From Vicugna vicugna (lineage: Eukaryota), in contig MU058065.1 of assembly GCA_013265495.1 (NCBI GenBank), positions 7,440,302-7,504,301 of the forward strand: DNA of 64,000 nt, read 5' to 3'. Within the stretch, counting starts at the first letter, position 1; every line of letters starts with the position of its first letter. The notes beneath the pieces were generated by a model. The model did no database searches. It was not told where the DNA came from and was given only the letters and a program-made list of their open reading frames with translations. Of the stretch, positions 12,823-25,886 are shown in pieces. The position numbers and the translations under genes are program-made.

Positions 12823-15588
12823 GTTCTCAAGTACGTCTGGGACCCAGGAAAGAGGAAGTAGCATGGATTGTCAGGACAAGCATTGTGGGATAGTATGGGA
12901 ATGAAGTTATTCTGAGTGACCAAATGTTACCTGCACTTTGTCCATTTATCAAACTGTGGTCAAGATTGCATTGACTTATGTTTACATGCCTGGGAATCCT
13001 TCCAATTTTTTTGAGTTTGAGACAGGAAGTGAGAGGGAGCGAGGGACTGAGAATAAATAAACCTGGATTGGGTGAGTGAAATAACTCTAATGGAGGTAGC
13101 AAATACCAAGACAGACAGAATTATGATAACATTCCTTGGTTTCTTGTTTGAGGATAAAAGGTGTCTTCTCTATTACTTCAGGACGTGGCCAGTTACTGCC
13201 CCAACACAAATCTCCCAAATAGGTGATGAATTTGATTTACCATCAATCATTGTGAGGCTGAGAGGTGGAGGGAATTCAGATGAGTTACTTTTTGGGTAAT
13301 GAGTTGCTGCAAAATTGTCTGCCAGTAACCTGAATTTGGCAAAAATAATATTCCATCCCCTAGATTAGAGCCTCTGGAACCTAGAGAAAATTGGACTAGA
13401 TCTCTGAGGTCCAGAAAATAACAGTAGTTTATACAAGGTCACCTAACTGGCTAGTTGGTAATTTGGAATTCATACCTAAGTTAATTCAGTCATTTGCCAG
13501 TGTATGTCAAATGCAGCACATTCTGGGCGAGATGTTGTGTGTTTCCGTCTCTTGAAACCCTGCCCTATTCTCTTCCCAACAGGTCATAACAACTTGATTT
13601 CTACTGAACACACAAAATTGGCAAAGCTGTACATTTCCTTCATTTACAAACCTTTTTTTCTCCTTTTGTTAGGATAATAAGATGGAGAGATAAAAGCATA
13701 GATGATGGATATTTCCTATTTGGAATGAGAGTGGTGATCATGGGTTTAGATGAAGTCTCTATAAATATTCTATAAATACTCCCCAAATAGTCTGAGCTGC
13801 TTCCTTTAGGTCCACTTTACCAGTGAAACAGCCTGAGGCACTTGGCAGACAGTTGGAGGGTGGTCTCAGAGCCAGGCAAACACACTTAGAGGAGATGTGC
13901 AAGTCTGAGCCTTGGAGAAGCGACTCAGAAAGTGTAAGCTTTTGCACAAATGCCCAGTAAGTCAAAGCTGTTCTATAAATAATATTTATTTTCTCTTGGG
14001 TGCAGTCTTGAGTTTAGTGGCTATATATTTTCTTTTCCTTACTCAGTTTCTTTCTTGGTTGTGTATGACTTCTCCACCCTAAAAGGCTTTTGAGTTTCCA
14101 ATATATACATCTGGAGGGTGTGTGTGTATGTGTATGTGAGTCTGTCGAGGGGAGGGTGTCCTAACCTTGTTATTTAGGGTAGATGGGGCTGGATGAGGTC
14201 AGCTCGGTTTTTGAGAGTTCAGGTCAAGGCTCCAGCTGGCAGGGAGCAGTCACATCCTCCAAGCTTACAGCCAAGTGCATACTCTTCCGAAAGTCACTGA
14301 GCTGAAGATAAACATGGAGCCCGTAACAGCCTTTTCATTTGATGTCTTTCATCACATATTCTACACTTTAAATTCCTTTGCTTTACTTCTGTATTCTTCT
14401 GGATCTTTCAGAACAAACATTGAAGTAGGGAAAAAAAAAGCCAACTGCCCTCTTTCCCCCTTCCCATCCTTTCTGAGTGACTCACTTCAACTGGAACAAT
14501 TAATCTTAATCAGGATGGTATGACAGCAGAAAAAGACATCCACAGTGAAGTCCTTTGATGCCAAAGACTTAGGCAACAAGCTCCTTCCTCTGGGCTGCAG
14601 TAGGGGCAATGTGGCATGATTTGGTTGTTTTAAAAATAGCATTTTGCAAAATTAGAGCTGCCTGTATCTGCAAGATGGGCAGCAGATCAGGGGCTGTGAA
14701 ATGCCTGTGCTAACCACCAAGTGTGAGAAGGCACTTTTAATAGTGTTGGCTGGAAGGCAGTACAGTCTACTGGACCCAAACAATCAACTCTACCTTCTCT
14801 GAAGGAGATTGAAGACAAACAATTCCACATGTTTGCACTCATGTTTTTCTCCGTGGAACTCAGCTTCTGTGTGTGTATCCTTAACCGTTATCCTCATTTT
14901 CTGACAGGTGCAATTACTCATCTCCTCTCCTCTACCCATCTCCTGTTTTGTTTTTCTCTGAATGGGTCAAACTTTCCAACAAGCCACCACTACACCTGGT
15001 ACTCCAGAAACGCTGTGGCCAACAGAGTGTACTTCTTGGAGATGGCTTAGCAAGTTCTGGAATGACTAGGAGGAACCACTTCATCACATTAAGAGTGTGG
15101 TTATACCTTTTAATTTGCAGTTAACTGATTGAGTCCTCATTAGCAGGAAGACTATTCTCTTGAGATCCAAGAACTCCTGGGACTTAGTCCAAATTTCCCA
15201 GTCCTGTTTCCAGAATCAGGGCTGAGAGAGAACCTGAATGTATACAGTCTGTTCAACTATGGATGCATGTTGTTCAGCTCCTTCCATGGGAGCATTTGTT
15301 AAAAGCTGCCCTGATAAAGACAAATGAGACTGTGACCATACCCTTATGGACCTGGATATGAGCACTGGCCAGTGATTTCAAGGCTGCACATGGGCACCAA
15401 GGTTCTCGTCCTTGATCCACGATGTGAGAAAGGCTGTATCAGAGGTGGTGAGGTCATCATGGTGGTGGCATTGTGGGAGGGGTGGATAGAAGGGCTTCTA
15501 GTTCATTCAGGGTGAATTCTGTCCTTAGAGGCTATGATCTCCTTTCATTCTGGAAGACCTCAGTTGGACTATCCCAGTCCTCCTGGTG

Positions 15589-15934
15589 TGTGTTAGTCTA
15601 TTCAGAACACCATAGACTGGGTGGCTTATTTCTTGCAGTTTTGGAGGCTGAGAAGTCTAACCAAGATCAAGGCATAGGCAGACCCAGTGTCCGATGAGGG
15701 TGATCTTCCTGGTTCGCAGATGACTGTTCCCTCATTGTATCCTCACAAGACGAAGAGCTAAGAGAGATGAAGCTCTCTTGTGTCTCTTTTTATAAAGACA
15801 CTAATCCCATTTGTGAAGGCACCCCCTTCACAATCTAATCACATCTCCAAATCCCCACCTCCTAATACATCACATTGGGAGTTAGGATTTCAACATAAGG
15901 ATTTAGGAGGCACACAAATGTTCGGTCCATAATA
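15589..15934 (-). mobile_element. Solo MaLR LTR (MLT1A/A0-like) with 5-bp TSD
   Basis: Runs from tgtgttagtc to cggtccataata with ccatagactgggtggctta, aagatcaagg and cactaatcccat; flanks are tggtg (15584-15588) and tgctg (15935-15939). Confidence 0.9.
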
Positions 15935-16424
15935 TGCTGTAATAATGTCTCTCTCCCAGGGGGTTTTTCAGCCCTTTGTGAATTTGCCTTTCTTCTCTGT
16001 ACATACAGTGAAAAGCATCAGATTTTATTTATACTCTTTCCCAAAGAAATGGCACCTGCTGGCCTTACATTCACAAAACTAAGGGAAGTCACTCCAGTTA
16101 TTTTTTCTATGGTCTGCTCCCTAATGCCTTGCTACCTTATCTTCCAGATAAAGAGTTTGACCCAATTATTTTCTATATTCTGCCTCTGCACACTGTTCTA
16201 CTGTACATTCTATTCTTTCAGGATAAGAAAGAAAACACCCTTTGGTCACATTGTGCTCCAGTGCATCCAACAGCTCTTGGATGTATTAGCTAGTCATTGG
16301 CAAGGGAACAGAAGTCACAGTGTAAGAACAAACTCCCCTCCTATTCCTCTATATTGGGTGTGTCCAAACAAGGTCTTCAGGTCCCTGTTGACACTGCATT
16401 TCCCAAAGTCTGTTATCATTTGTA

Positions 16425-17480
16425 ACACAGACATTTCTTGAGCACCAGTACTATGCCAGGCACTTATCTGGCATATTGTAGTACACAGATGGAAAATATA
16501 GAATCTACCCAAATGATTACATCATCAAGTAAGGGAGGGCTGAGATACACGTATAAGTAACAAGGGTTATAATGCAGTACGTGATAGGTTTGCATACCCT
16601 AGAAAACAGAACCAGATGCAAAAACCGTTGTGCTACTTCCTTACCAGGGAGTGCAGACCCAGGAAAGGATGAATGAGGAGGGGGAGGGAAAGGAGAAGAA
16701 CAATTACAAGAGAATGTTTACCAAGCCTGATACCACTAATAAGTATATCATTATTAACAATAAGTATCACTGATTTCTCAGTCTCGTAGTACTCTCTTCC
16801 CAGAGGCCTGTGAACTACGGGGTCTCATGGAAGTGCATGGTAGCTGGGGAAGTTTTCACTTTCTCCCACTGGTCAAGCTTCATGTATATCCCACTGGGTT
16901 TAATGCCTCAGAAGCAACAAGGATACACAAAAATGGAAAGCAAGAGGTTCAGAACACGGACGTGAAAAAAAGTCACTGTCAGGTTGTGCTCATATACAGT
17001 TGTCCAGAATCCACATCGGGCTGCTCACTTCAGTGGCAACTGGTCAACAAGGGCCCCTGAAGCACCTGAGCATGGGGAGGTGGATCTTAGGTGATGCATC
17101 AAGGGAACTTGATCTGGTAACATAAGTAAGGTCCAGATAAAGTACTTTGGGGATTCAGGGAAGGAACTGTTTCTTAGAAGTGAGGTTGGGGACATGATGT
17201 TGACAGATGATTTTTGGAGAAGGTAGATCTTGAGTGCGACTGCAGATAGGTGGGATTAGGAGTTATAGAGTTGTGGGATGGGGCTTGGTGGAGAGGGCAT
17301 CCCACAGAAAGGAGACACTGATTTCAGGGACATAGAAGGGCAGTACTGAGGATCAGTGGAGAAAAGCGCAGGGTTCCGTATGGCCAGGGGATGGGAAACA
17401 GGAAAGGATGTTGAGGTATAAGACTGAAAATGTAAATGGGTAGCTGGTAGAGACAGGGTGAGGAATTTTGATTGGAATCT
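16425..17480 (-). mobile_element. LINE-2 split by an ERVL-type LTR
   Basis: catttcttgagcaccagtactatgccaggcact starts the element; L2 resumes near 17120 (aaagtactttggggattcagggaagg...ggagagggcatcccacagaaagg). Confidence 0.7.
16582..17118 (-). mobile_element. ERVL-class solo LTR (LTR40-like)
   Basis: ctagaaaacagaaccagatgcaaa...gggagtgcagacccagg...acaagagaatgtttaccaagc resembles recalled LTR40/LTR16-group LTRs on the reverse strand. Confidence 0.5.
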
Positions 17481-19603
17481 TCTGACATAAAAGTTTAAAT
17501 TCAGAAATCCGAGTCCTTCTTCTCTAATTCTCTTCTATATAGTCATCCACTTGTACACATAATAGCATTTTGAACAAGAATATGATGGACAAGTCTTAAA
17601 ATTTCATAGATCCATGGAATACATTTTAAAAGGTCAGTATACTATCTTTTCCATTTTTCAGATCAATATATTGAAATATGACACACCATAGCTGAGATTC
17701 TTACTTTTACTGGTATGTTTACAGAGTCCTTGTAGATTTGACTCAGGCATCTGCTGAAGCTGAAGCTTGGATGATGCTTGGGACTCGGCGCTCTACTCAC
17801 TACTGTCCACTTTCCTGTCCAGGCTTCAGTTTCAGATAAGTGCCCCTCTGGTCAAGACAAGAGCCATCAGTAGCTCTAGGACAGCTAGTGGGGAATAGAA
17901 TGTTCTATTAAAAAAAAAACCCATGAGGAATTCTGGCTAGAAGATGTGAAAATGGAAAAATGACAGATCCACCCCCAAAATCAGAAATATATTATCTCTA
18001 TTGAAATTAGAGTTTGGTTCTTGGAGTTGATGATGGAGAGCACAGGGGTGGACAATAGCCGTTATCATTTGTTTCTTTTTTAAAGGTCCCTGGGACAAGA
18101 CAGCTTAGATTTAAGGTCTGAACTCACTGAAAGAATTCCTAACACTTTTTTGATCCTTTTCCAAAACGGGGATCATAGATTTACCCCATGGTCAGTGTTG
18201 AGCTTTCAGCAAGTTTCAGCCTTTCTTCTTCTATGGAACTGAAGTTGGAAGCTTCCCCTCTGAGGATTCCAGGAGTAATACCCAGGACTGGAATATGGCC
18301 TTCATTACCCAGAGTTCTGAAAGGGAGCTTAGTCTCTTGTATGAGGGCAATAGACTTAAAAAATAATAATAATTCTCCTACAGAATGAAAGATGGCATCT
18401 CAGCATTTTGGGTTTTTTGTTTCTTTCTTTCTCTCCCCTACTTGAATTAACATGAAGTCAAAAGCAGATCTTAGAGCGGAACTGACTGCCACATAATTTA
18501 GACATGTTTGCATAACATTCCGAAAATAATTCAATAAGAATAGGTTTTTCTTGGAATTTATCACCGCCTGGCAAATTAGAGCCCAAACACAACAACTTTG
18601 TGCTAAAAAGGCCTAAGACCCAGCAAATGGAAGTGACAGTGGCAGAGAGCGAGGAAACCCAAGCAGCCAGTCGACTCTCATTATCCGTGATGGTGTGAAG
18701 CAGACATAGAAAACAAGAGGCAGGAGCAGGGACAAACACAGCCCGCGTTTCAGACTCCCCATTTTCTTCAGGGCGCAGCAACAGCTGACAGGCCAAGGTG
18801 GCGAGAGAAGGGCATCTTAGGTCTCAGGAATGGTTCTGAGAAATTCTCTCATTCTGTATTTTTCCACGTCTTCAGCTGAAGATTTTTTTCTTATGGGTTC
18901 TAATGAAGAGGACCCACAGGTTCAGAAAACAACAATAAACTAACAAATATACAGGAGCAATAAATAGTAGCTTAAAAAGACAGGGTCACAGTATTAAGCC
19001 TAAGTCAGAAGATCTGGAATGATTTCAGGCTCTACCATTCTTATGGGGACAAACTGAGTAACTTCTCCACTTTTCAAGTGGGGAGAATAATAGCTTGAAT
19101 CACGATGAAAATTATTATCAGTGTGGTACTTCATAGCTGCAGGGCATTTTTAAAGCCGCATGATGTATGCAGGAGATCTCAGGTCTAACTCAGTCCTTTT
19201 CTGAGATGTCAGTTCCTTAGGATACCACTGTTACTAGGCTAGAAGTTAAAACTCTTGTAAGGCAGAATTATATACTTGAGTTACCTGCTTGTGGTTCAGT
19301 CACCTTTAGACTCTTCCTCACTCTGGACCTTAGTGACTGTGAACATGGTGGGCAAAGCTAAGTCTCTGCTCCCTTAAATGTCGGTGTCCCTAAACCTCTT
19401 CTCTTCTCTGACCAGCTCCCTGGTCACTTCATACATGCTATGGCTATACGTTTCTTCCAGAGGTTTGTGGCCCAGAATCCCCATCCTTAGCCTGGACTTC
19501 TCTTCCAACCCTTGCTCTCTAGTCTGCCACATCTGGCAGCATCTCATTCGCACCTGTTCCTGTCTGAAAGTGGAGTTGTTCTACCTTCTTTTCCCTGTAA
19601 TAG

Positions 19604-19949
19604 TGTTTTAATCATTTCAGGCTGCTATAGTAAAATACCCTTAACTTCCTGGGTTAAACAACATACACTTATTTCTCACAGTTCTAGAGGCTAAAATTCC
19701 ATATCAAGGTGCTGGCAGATTCAGTGTTTGGTGAGAGCTCACTTCCTGGCTGGCAGATAGTCACCTTGTTGCTGTGTCCTTGAATGGTGGTGAGAGGAAG
19801 CTCTTGTGTCCCATTCTTTTCTTATAAGAGCACTAATCCCATCATGACCTCATCTAAACCTAGTTACCTCCCAAAGACCTCACCTCTGGATACCATGATG
19901 GTAGGGGTCAAGAATTCAACATAAGGATTTGGGGATTCAGTCCTTAGCG
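19604..19949 (-). mobile_element. Solo MaLR LTR (MLT1A-like)
   Basis: caggctgctatagtaaaatacc...atttctcacagttctagaggct...tcaaggtgctggcagattcagtg...cactaatcccatcatgacctcatctaaacct...cagtccttagc. Confidence 0.9.
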
Positions 19950-20083
19950 CACAGTGAATGATTCCATCATCACTCTAGGTGTTCCAGCCAGTGGGCATTC
20001 ACTAGGCAACCTTGACTTCTCTCTTTCCTTCACCATCTACTTTAAATCAGTCAGGGTCATTCTGGCATCACACATCAATATCT

Positions 20084-20372
20084 TTTTTTCTTTTTGTATA
20101 TCTATTTTTTATTGAAGTATGGTCAGTTTACAATGTTGTGTCAATTTCTGGTGTACAGCATAATGCTTCAGTCATACATGAACATACATATATTCATTTT
20201 TATATTCTTTTGTACCATAAGTTACTACAAGATTTTGAATATAGTTCCCTGTGCTATACATTAGGAACTTATTGTTTATCTATTTTATATATATTAGTTA
20301 GTATCTGCAAATCTCAAACTCCCAATTTATCCCTTCCCACCCACTTCCCACCCTGGTAACCATAAGTTTGTT
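20084..20372 (-). mobile_element. Young 5'-truncated LINE-1 3' end (cetartiodactyl type, camelid-like)
   Basis: T-tract followed by ttattgaagtatggtcagtttacaatgttgtgtcaatttctggtgtacagc...atagttccctgtgctataca...ggtaaccataagtttgtt; flanked by aatatct (20077-20083) and agtatct (20373-20379). Confidence 0.9.
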
Positions 20373-22689
20373 AGTATCTCTTGAATGTACCTACTTTTCT
20401 GTATCCTTGATACTACCACCCTAGTTCAAGTTCCTGTTCTCTTTTCCTGGGCTATTATCACAGCTGTCAAATTAGTCTCCATTTTTTCTCTATTCTGTCT
20501 CCTTCTAACTCCTTCACCATGCTGTAGCCAGAATATTTCTCAAAAGTGAATCAAACATATCTCTATTCTGCTCCACATTCTTCACTGGCTTCCTCTTGAC
20601 CTCAAGATAAACTCTAAATTCTTTAACATTATTTAAAAGACTCATCTCCTAAGCTTGCCCCACCTCTGCCTCTACCTCTCTTTTGTACCTTACATATGCT
20701 GTGGTCTCTGTGCTTCAGAGGCTGGAGTCTTCATACAAGATGTTCTTTCACAAAACATCTTCTGCACTCTCACCAGGCACTTCTCTATCCTTCAGTTGGT
20801 CTTTACTTCCTATAGGAAGTCTGCCTGGATTCTCACTCTTTAACTCTGAAGAAAGGAATTTCATAATGCTAGAAGTAGAACTAACAGCAAGTCCTTTCTC
20901 TCTACCTGAGAGTGTTTTCTACATGGGGAAAAGATTCAGTAGTTCCAAACAAAATAAAAGCAAATTTTACTGTCATCTCCTACCTCTGGCGGACCTGGTG
21001 GACCTAGTGAAGATGGAATGGGAAGTCCCTAGCCCACAGGAAAGGAAATTTAGAGCTCTAGGCAAACTGCACCCACTCAGAGGGAAGGGCATATGACGTC
21101 CCACTACCTGTAGGTCTCCTTAGAGTCTTGGGTTCACCTTGCCTGGTTGGGGGAAGCTCAGCAGGCTTACCAGCAGGTTCTATCAGCTGCAATAGCAATG
21201 ACATAAACAGTGAGTGCACATCCTTGTTGAGAGGAACAGAGGTCCCTTTCAGATGCTGAACTCTTCCAGTGCAGCTAGGATTCACGGACAAAGTCATCAT
21301 TTACAAATAACCACACACATTCTCAAATATTATATTGTTGAAGCCAATCACACTCTAACAAATTCGAAGTTAGTATTTTGGCCACTGTACTTTGAGAGAG
21401 CTACATCATCTTGTTTATAACTAAAGGCTGTAGTTTCAATTGATTCAGAGAATGTTCTGGTGACCAGAAACAGAAAGTCTCATTACGAGGTGGCATTTTC
21501 TTGGGACAAAGGTCCTAAAAAGGAGGATTTTCGTAGGGACCACTATGTAGTCACCCTCCTGAGTGGAGTTAAATGCACCTTCCTGTTCTGGGGTCCCATA
21601 TATCCCAAGATTTCTCCTATCAGATCTCTTAACTCTATATCAAGGTGGCTTATTTAATACTTCTCGGTCCCATCAGACCCTAAACTCTAGAGGGTAGGAC
21701 TTTAAGTGACTTTTTCAATACTGTATCTCTAGTTCCTGAAAAAAAAATGTCCTCAGGAAATACTGGTTGAAGATACACATTCTCTCTTACTGCTGCTCAG
21801 GACACTGGTATACATGAAGAATAAGCTCTCTGTAAGTGCACTGCTTTCCTCTGAATCAGATTTATCTGCTGCCTTTATTTCAAGACTGGGTCAGACCAGC
21901 CACCATCTCCTTAGGTTAAAAAACATCAAATAGAGTGCAGCTCTTCATTTTACCAACTATAAAGAGGTGAAGGGGAAACACAGAGAGAAGTGAGATTAGA
22001 AGCCTATAAAGCAAGGAGAACCTTGTGTTTGGGGTCAGAGGAACTGGAAACAGGTCAGCAGACACTTGATCAGTTTCTCCCGTGTCACCTCAAGTTTCAG
22101 CAGCAAACAGGCTGATGGAATATGTTCCAAATCCAAACACTTCATTTCCCCGAGGCCCTGGCCGTCTTGATGAATGTCCTCCATTGTGAAGCAGGCTAAA
22201 GGCACTGTCCTGCCTGAGTATAAACCTCGCCTTCTCTCCCCTCATCCATTTCACCCATCTCCCCCCAACCCCAACTCTTTCACTCCCTTTTGCTCCACAA
22301 ATTATTAGGAAGACATTAAGTAAATCACCCCAGCAAGAATAAAACTGCAAGAGAAACACCTCATCCATAACCAACTCATCACTCCTTTTGCCAAAAGTAG
22401 GGTGAAATGAAGACTCTAGCATCCTTTAGAAAAATTCAGTATCTGGGACACATATTCTAGGAGAGACTGTGTTCCTCCATTTCCCAATCTTAGGCAAGGT
22501 GGATGACCACACCATGAATTGGCAGGGTGTAAGGTTGGAGAAATGACACATTAGTGTAGGGTTGGAGAAACCATACATTGGTGTGCTCACATGGCACCCT
22601 TGAATATCTCTAAGCTGGACCACGATGTTTTGGGATGTGAGTAGGAAAAGGAACAACAAGTGAGCTAAGGCACATCTCAAGATCTTAGA

Positions 22690-22945
22690 TGAGGATCTGG
22701 AGCCAGACTGCCAAAGTTTGAATCCCCTTGCACCATGTCCTAGTTATATGATCCTGGTCAAATTGCTCAACTCCTCTATAAGCCTCAGTGTTTCTTTCTT
22801 TCTTTCTTTCTTTTTTTTATAAATTGGGAATAATAATTCTACCCAAGTTAAGGGCAATTGGGAATATAAAACAAGGTGATGCAAGGAAAGGACTTAGCAC
22901 AAGGAATAGCACCTAAAATATCCTCAGTAAAAATAGATATTATCA
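22690..22945 (+). mobile_element. Near full-length MIR with an internal (TTTC)n expansion
   Basis: ctggagccagactgcc...tttgaatcc...aagcctcagt-(tttc)n-ataaattgggaataataatt...cttagcaca. Confidence 0.85.
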
Positions 22946-23544
22946 ATATCAATTCTTGGTAAATCATTTAAAGTGGTATGGTTAAATTAAAATAAATTTG
23001 AAACATTTACAAAAAATATTAAAAGAAAATATGACTTCAAGGAAATTTCCTGATTGTATCAGAATTCCCATGGCTTCTGGTACACAGTTCGTTAGCCATG
23101 TTGTTTTGGGGCTTAGTTGGTCATTTTATGAAGGCTTGAGTCAAATCCCCCTCTTTGTATATCTAGCTAGCTATCTCTATCTAATAAAACGGAAGTCTAA
23201 GAAAATGCTGTGAAGTCTGAAACCAGGATCAAATCTAGAATGCAGAATTTCTATTCTCTTACCCATTAGTGTTTATGCTGATACTCACAGTTCACAGTGA
23301 ACTTTTGAGGTACGTAAGAAGGTCTTTCTCCATGCTATTTGTACTCTTCACCCTGAAAAATGGGTGCAATCACTTGCATTCTGCAATGAAAGAACTGTGA
23401 GCTTAAGTAAATAAGTTGGACTGACTTGAAGATCATAGTGGTTTGATTCTTCCACCAGTTGAAGAGATTGGGTATATAAGATGCCTTAAAAAGTCCAAGT
23501 AACTTTGCTTTCTAACAAGGGAAGGGAGGATAAAAGCAACAAGA

Positions 23545-23640
23545 GGGCAGGGATCTTTGATGGTCTTCCACTGACATATCCCAAATGTCTAGAACAGTGC
23601 CTAGCATTTAACAGGTGGTCCATAAATATTTATTGAAAAA
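23545..23640 (+). mobile_element. L2a terminal fragment
   Basis: gagggcagggatctttg...ctagaacagtgcctagca...ataaatatttattgaa. Confidence 0.85.
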
Positions 23641-23939
23641 TGCTAAAAGAATAAAAAAATTAAACATAGTAATAAGCCAAATGAAATTTTCTTTTTTAAG
23701 TTTTAAAACTCATAACAGGCATTAACATTACCAACTTGCCTCCATTACTAAGTTGCACTAGTAACTTTCTCTTTAAAAGTAACATTTATTGCTTTTAATA
23801 TTTATAGAGGTAATACAATTTTTGGTAAAAACCAAAATATATAAGAAAAAATCTCACTCACTCCATGTCTCAGAGATAATATATTCATCTTTCCAATCTA
23901 GAAAATCTTTCCTCTTTTGGATATCTGTGATATCAGCCT

Positions 23940-24890
23940 TCACATGATTCTAAAAATGATCCCCAAATTTCTGGTCCAGTCATCTCTCTCTGTATTCTTT
24001 CTCTTGGCAGATTCATTCATTGTCATGATTTCCACTACATGCTATGTGGGGAGAACACTTACATTTTCAATTTTAGTCTTACCATTTCTCCTAAGCTCTG
24101 GTTCATCTTTTTTGACAATGTGCTCGACATTTCTGCCTTGATGTCTTTCATGCTGATCAGGAATGAAAGAAATTATCTTCTCTTCTCCAGGCATGACTAT
24201 TTAAATTAAAGACCTTCCCATCTTTCCAGACAAACTATCCAGAAACTTCTATCATTAGGACTTTCTTTCTCCTTGGCTCAGCATATCCAATTAGTCACAA
24301 GACCCTGGAAATTATGCTTCCTAATTTCTGTCCCTCTCTGCCCCTTTCTGAGACTAGTGCAGTCATCTCTATTTTATACATTGTTGTTACATTAACCATT
24401 TTGAAGCTCAACTTGATCCACCTCTCTCCACTGTCCATGATTTCACATCGTCTGAAAAATAGTTGGAACATCTTAGCCTGGCATCCAAGACTCATTATTT
24501 GACCTAAACTAACTTTTTATGAATTTTATCCAACTTACTTTCATACTATGATACAATGGTACAAGCATTTCTGAACACATCATAGTTTTCAAGACGTGAC
24601 CATATCTTCTTTGACTTTGTTTTGCTCATGCTGTTCCCTCTAATGGAATGATTACTTTTTGCTCTTCTCCCTCCTTCAGTTTCTGAGCTAGGCTAGAAAT
24701 GATGGGCATAAGTACTTCCTCTATGATGCCTACCCAAATACCCAAAGAAGGAGTTACTTTCTGTCCTCTGAGACCCATAAAATGCCATATTTTTCATGTG
24801 TTTCTTGTCACATCCAAAGATGCATAACCATTATAAATGAACATATTGTGTCTAGCCTCCTAATTGAATCCTTTAAGATATAAACCTTGT
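23940..24890 (+). mobile_element. LINE-2 from the RT catalytic region to near the 3' end
   Basis: From 24018 it translates HCHDFHYMLCGENTYI, matching the L2 consensus motif HSHGFNYHLYADDSQI; L2-like blocks follow (tttgctcatgctgttccctct). Confidence 0.7.
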
Positions 24891-25374
24891 AAATGTTATG
24901 GAGGAGCCCAAGGCCAGACATAATAACTTACACTGAGACAGAGCATCAGTTTTTACCCCATCTTCTCATTGTTTCCCTATGTTCCTCCTTCCTGAAGGTG
25001 ATCTTTGGCACAATTTAATACATATTAACATAGTAATTCATCAAAATTATCTTATTAAAGACAGAGTTGATCAAATTAATTTGAATAGTTCAGCACTACT
25101 GGAGAGTGGGGATGGGCACTGGAACATGGAGCTCAAAAAATGGAAATTAAGAGGTTCTGTTGGGAAACAAGTGAGCACTGGTGACTGTGATATCATCAGT
25201 ATAATTTCTAATGGTATGTACTGGTGGATGTTTTCCCCAAGGATGACTGAAATCACCTACTGATGGGATATTTCTCCTAACTCATGAGTTGTAGACTTTG
25301 GGCAACCATTGCAGACTGACTTGCATGCTGGTGAAGCTGAAACTAGAATTTTCTCTTTTCTTTGAATCATTCAG

Positions 25375-25810
25375 AAGAAGTGTGTTTACCTGCAAAGTCA
25401 CAGAAATCCCATGTAATTTAAAGATATAAAGATTTACTTTTCTCACATAGCAAGAAATCCAGAAGTAGGCATAACTTGGGTCTGAGATCCAGCAGAAACA
25501 CAGGCTCTTTCTCTGTTTCAGCACCTCCATTTTTAGCACATGGCTTTTGCCTTCCTGTTCGCAGGGTGGCTGTTGCATCTCCCAACTCCACACCTGTGTT
25601 TCAGGCTTGAAGAAGGCAGAGGACTAAAAGGTTTTACTTGAGGCTTTATTTAGTCAGATGTTCCTTTGTACTATATTGATCAGATTTGTGTCACATGGAT
25701 AATCCAGGCTGAAGGATGACTAAGAAAATTGAGTAGTTAGCTATCTAGCCTCTTTTACAAAGGAAGGGAAGTGAGAAATTGGAAATAATTATTAAGTGAA
25801 CCAAACTGTT
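25375..25810 (-). mobile_element. MaLR LTR (MLT1J-like)
   Basis: ttttctcacatagcaagaaatccagaagtaggca...caggctctttc...gtggctgttgcatctcc...tgtgtcacatgg. Confidence 0.7.
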
Positions 25811-25886
25811 CTGGCTATTATACCCTCTGACCCTCCTCTACTGCTATTATGGTCTTGATAAGCAGTAACATGCTTCTAGAATGTAG

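Larger units (their letters stand above)
19370..20835 (+). mobile_element. LINE-2 carrying two later insertions
   Basis: L2-like blocks at 19370-19603, 19950-20083 and 20373-20835 are collinear once the MLT1A and L1 inserts are removed. Confidence 0.75.

Noticed and set aside
16049..16441. 130-aa ATG ORF
   Set aside because: Composition typical of translated non-coding DNA; it ends within an L2 tail.
18458..18796. 112-aa reverse ORF over the CpG-retaining segment
   Set aside because: Non-ATG start, no recognisable protein family and no convincing splice-site pair.
18788..18806. CTCF-like motif (ggccaaggtggcga); similar partial matches near 48146 and 51218
   Set aside because: Only the right half of the CTCF core matches; too many mismatches to call.
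20683..21096. 137-aa ORF
   Set aside because: It begins in decayed L2 3' sequence; no domain recognised.
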